Assembly: GCA_015233335.1 (NCBI GenBank)
Contig: JADFXX010000001.1
Location: forward strand, 6,302 to 70,301
From: Candidatus Omnitrophota bacterium
GTDB taxonomy: Bacteria; Omnitrophota; Gorgyraeia; Zapsychrales; Fredricksoniimonadaceae
Direction: 5' to 3'
Length of the DNA: 64,000 nucleotides
A model generated the notes under the pieces. It was not told the DNA's origin. It was given only the letters and a program-made list of their open reading frames with translations, and searched no databases. The translations under genes and the position numbers were made by a program. Positions 63,418 through 64,000 of the stretch are shown here, in pieces. Positions within the stretch are counted from its first letter, which is position 1. Each line of letters opens with the position of its first letter.

Positions 63418-63966
63418 ATGTATATAGGAGAAAAACTTCACGCACTGCGCAAGTCTAAAAGAATATCACTAACCGAACTTTCTTTAAAAAGCGGCGTTCA
63501 GATGGCGACCTTAAGCCGCATTGAAAATAAGAAAATGGTGGGCACGCTCGAGTCCCACATGCAAATTGCCAAAGCCCTTGGGATAGACGTCACCGAACTC
63601 TACCAGGGACTGGCTCACAGCAACGCCTTAATCGATCTTCGCCCGGACAAAAATACCGATGTCTTTACCCGCAGCGAACAGGCCTCTTTCGAGATTTTAA
63701 CCAAGAATGTCATGAACAAAAAAATGATGCCCTCTCTAGTCCAAATTAAAGGCGGCGGCAAGACTCATAAGGAACAAAACCAAGGCGGATCTGAAAAATT
63801 TATTTTTATTCTGGATGGCCGTGTCGAGGTCAATGTCAATAATCAGACCTTCATGCTGCAAAAAAACAGCACCCTTTATTTCGATGCCTCCCTGCCTCAT
63901 TATTATCATAATACCGGCAAAGCAGATGCCAAGCTCATCTGTATAGGGACGCCTGTATCTTTATAA
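63418..63966 (+). CDS. XRE-family HTH transcriptional regulator with a C-terminal cupin domain
   Basis: N-terminal IGEKLHALRKSKRISLTELSLKSGVQMATLSRIENKK, followed by cupin-like FIFILDGRVEVNV..LYFDASLPHYYHNTG. Confidence 0.85.
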   Translation: MYIGEKLHALRKSKRISLTELSLKSGVQMATLSRIENKKMVGTLESHMQIAKALGIDVTELYQGLAHSNALIDLRPDKNTDVFTRSEQASFEILTKNVMNKKMMPSLVQIKGGGKTHKEQNQGGSEKFIFILDGRVEVNVNNQTFMLQKNSTLYFDASLPHYYHNTGKADAKLICIGTPVSL

Positions 63967-64000
63967 AACTCATGGCTAATCCTAAAATCCTCATTTGCGA

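Noticed and set aside
1-64000. Mobile elements, prophage, CRISPR-Cas, rRNA operons and classical defence systems.
   Set aside because: No transposase, integrase, Cas, restriction-modification, reverse transcriptase or phage structural motifs appear in any of the supplied translations. No spacer-repeat periodicity was seen in the intergenic regions.

Overview
This 64-kb window comes from a bacterium that almost certainly has an outer membrane. The evidence is a beta-barrel protein, ArnT/GT-C enzymes and many Sec signal peptides. The lineage cannot be determined from the sequence and is probably uncultivated. I saw no rRNA, CRISPR array, transposase, integrase or phage gene. I call about 57 protein genes, 2 tRNAs, a 3-copy short dispersed repeat and two long nested inverted-repeat elements.

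Layout:
- (1) 0.2-6.7 kb: a locus in which every product is secreted. It encodes SCPU/Csu-like fibre subunits, a PapD-like two-domain protein and a 1070-aa hybrid outer-membrane protein. This is my best candidate for an undescribed surface-appendage assembly system.
- (2) 6.8-10.7 kb: a TMTC/PMT-like GT-C protein with a TPR array, divergent from recN.
- (3) 11.2-18.3 kb, plus strand: an operon of PPi-type phosphofructokinase, two tandem DUF2079 membrane proteins, a UbiA-type polyprenyl-phosphate phosphoribosyltransferase (DPPR-synthase-like), a HAD hydrolase and an unknown gene.
- (4) 18.3-35.2 kb, minus strand: a glycan cluster with 4 GT2 genes, a NeuD-type acetyltransferase, a DegT aminotransferase, Wzx, rfbBDCA, a methyltransferase-GT2 fusion, a third DUF2079 gene and more polytopic membrane proteins.
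- (5) 35.2-45.1 kb: housekeeping genes nnrD, acpS, pdxJ, cdaA, folP, ftsH, a MORN-repeat protein, tilS, an SNase-like nuclease and an ArnT-like GT39.
- (6) 45.3-48.8 kb: two membrane proteins, tRNA(CAU) and a TrpB2-type protein.
- (7) 48.8-55.7 kb: a signalling island with a REC-HK hybrid, two CheY-like REC proteins, a secreted protein, a membrane protein, a triple-PAS kinase and a hemerythrin.
- (8) 55.7-64 kb: a 1491-aa secreted TPR protein of unknown function, tRNA-Ser(UGA) with a duplicated 5' end, serS, a REC protein, spoVG and an XRE-cupin regulator.

All functional calls rest on motifs I recognised in the supplied translations. No database search was run.
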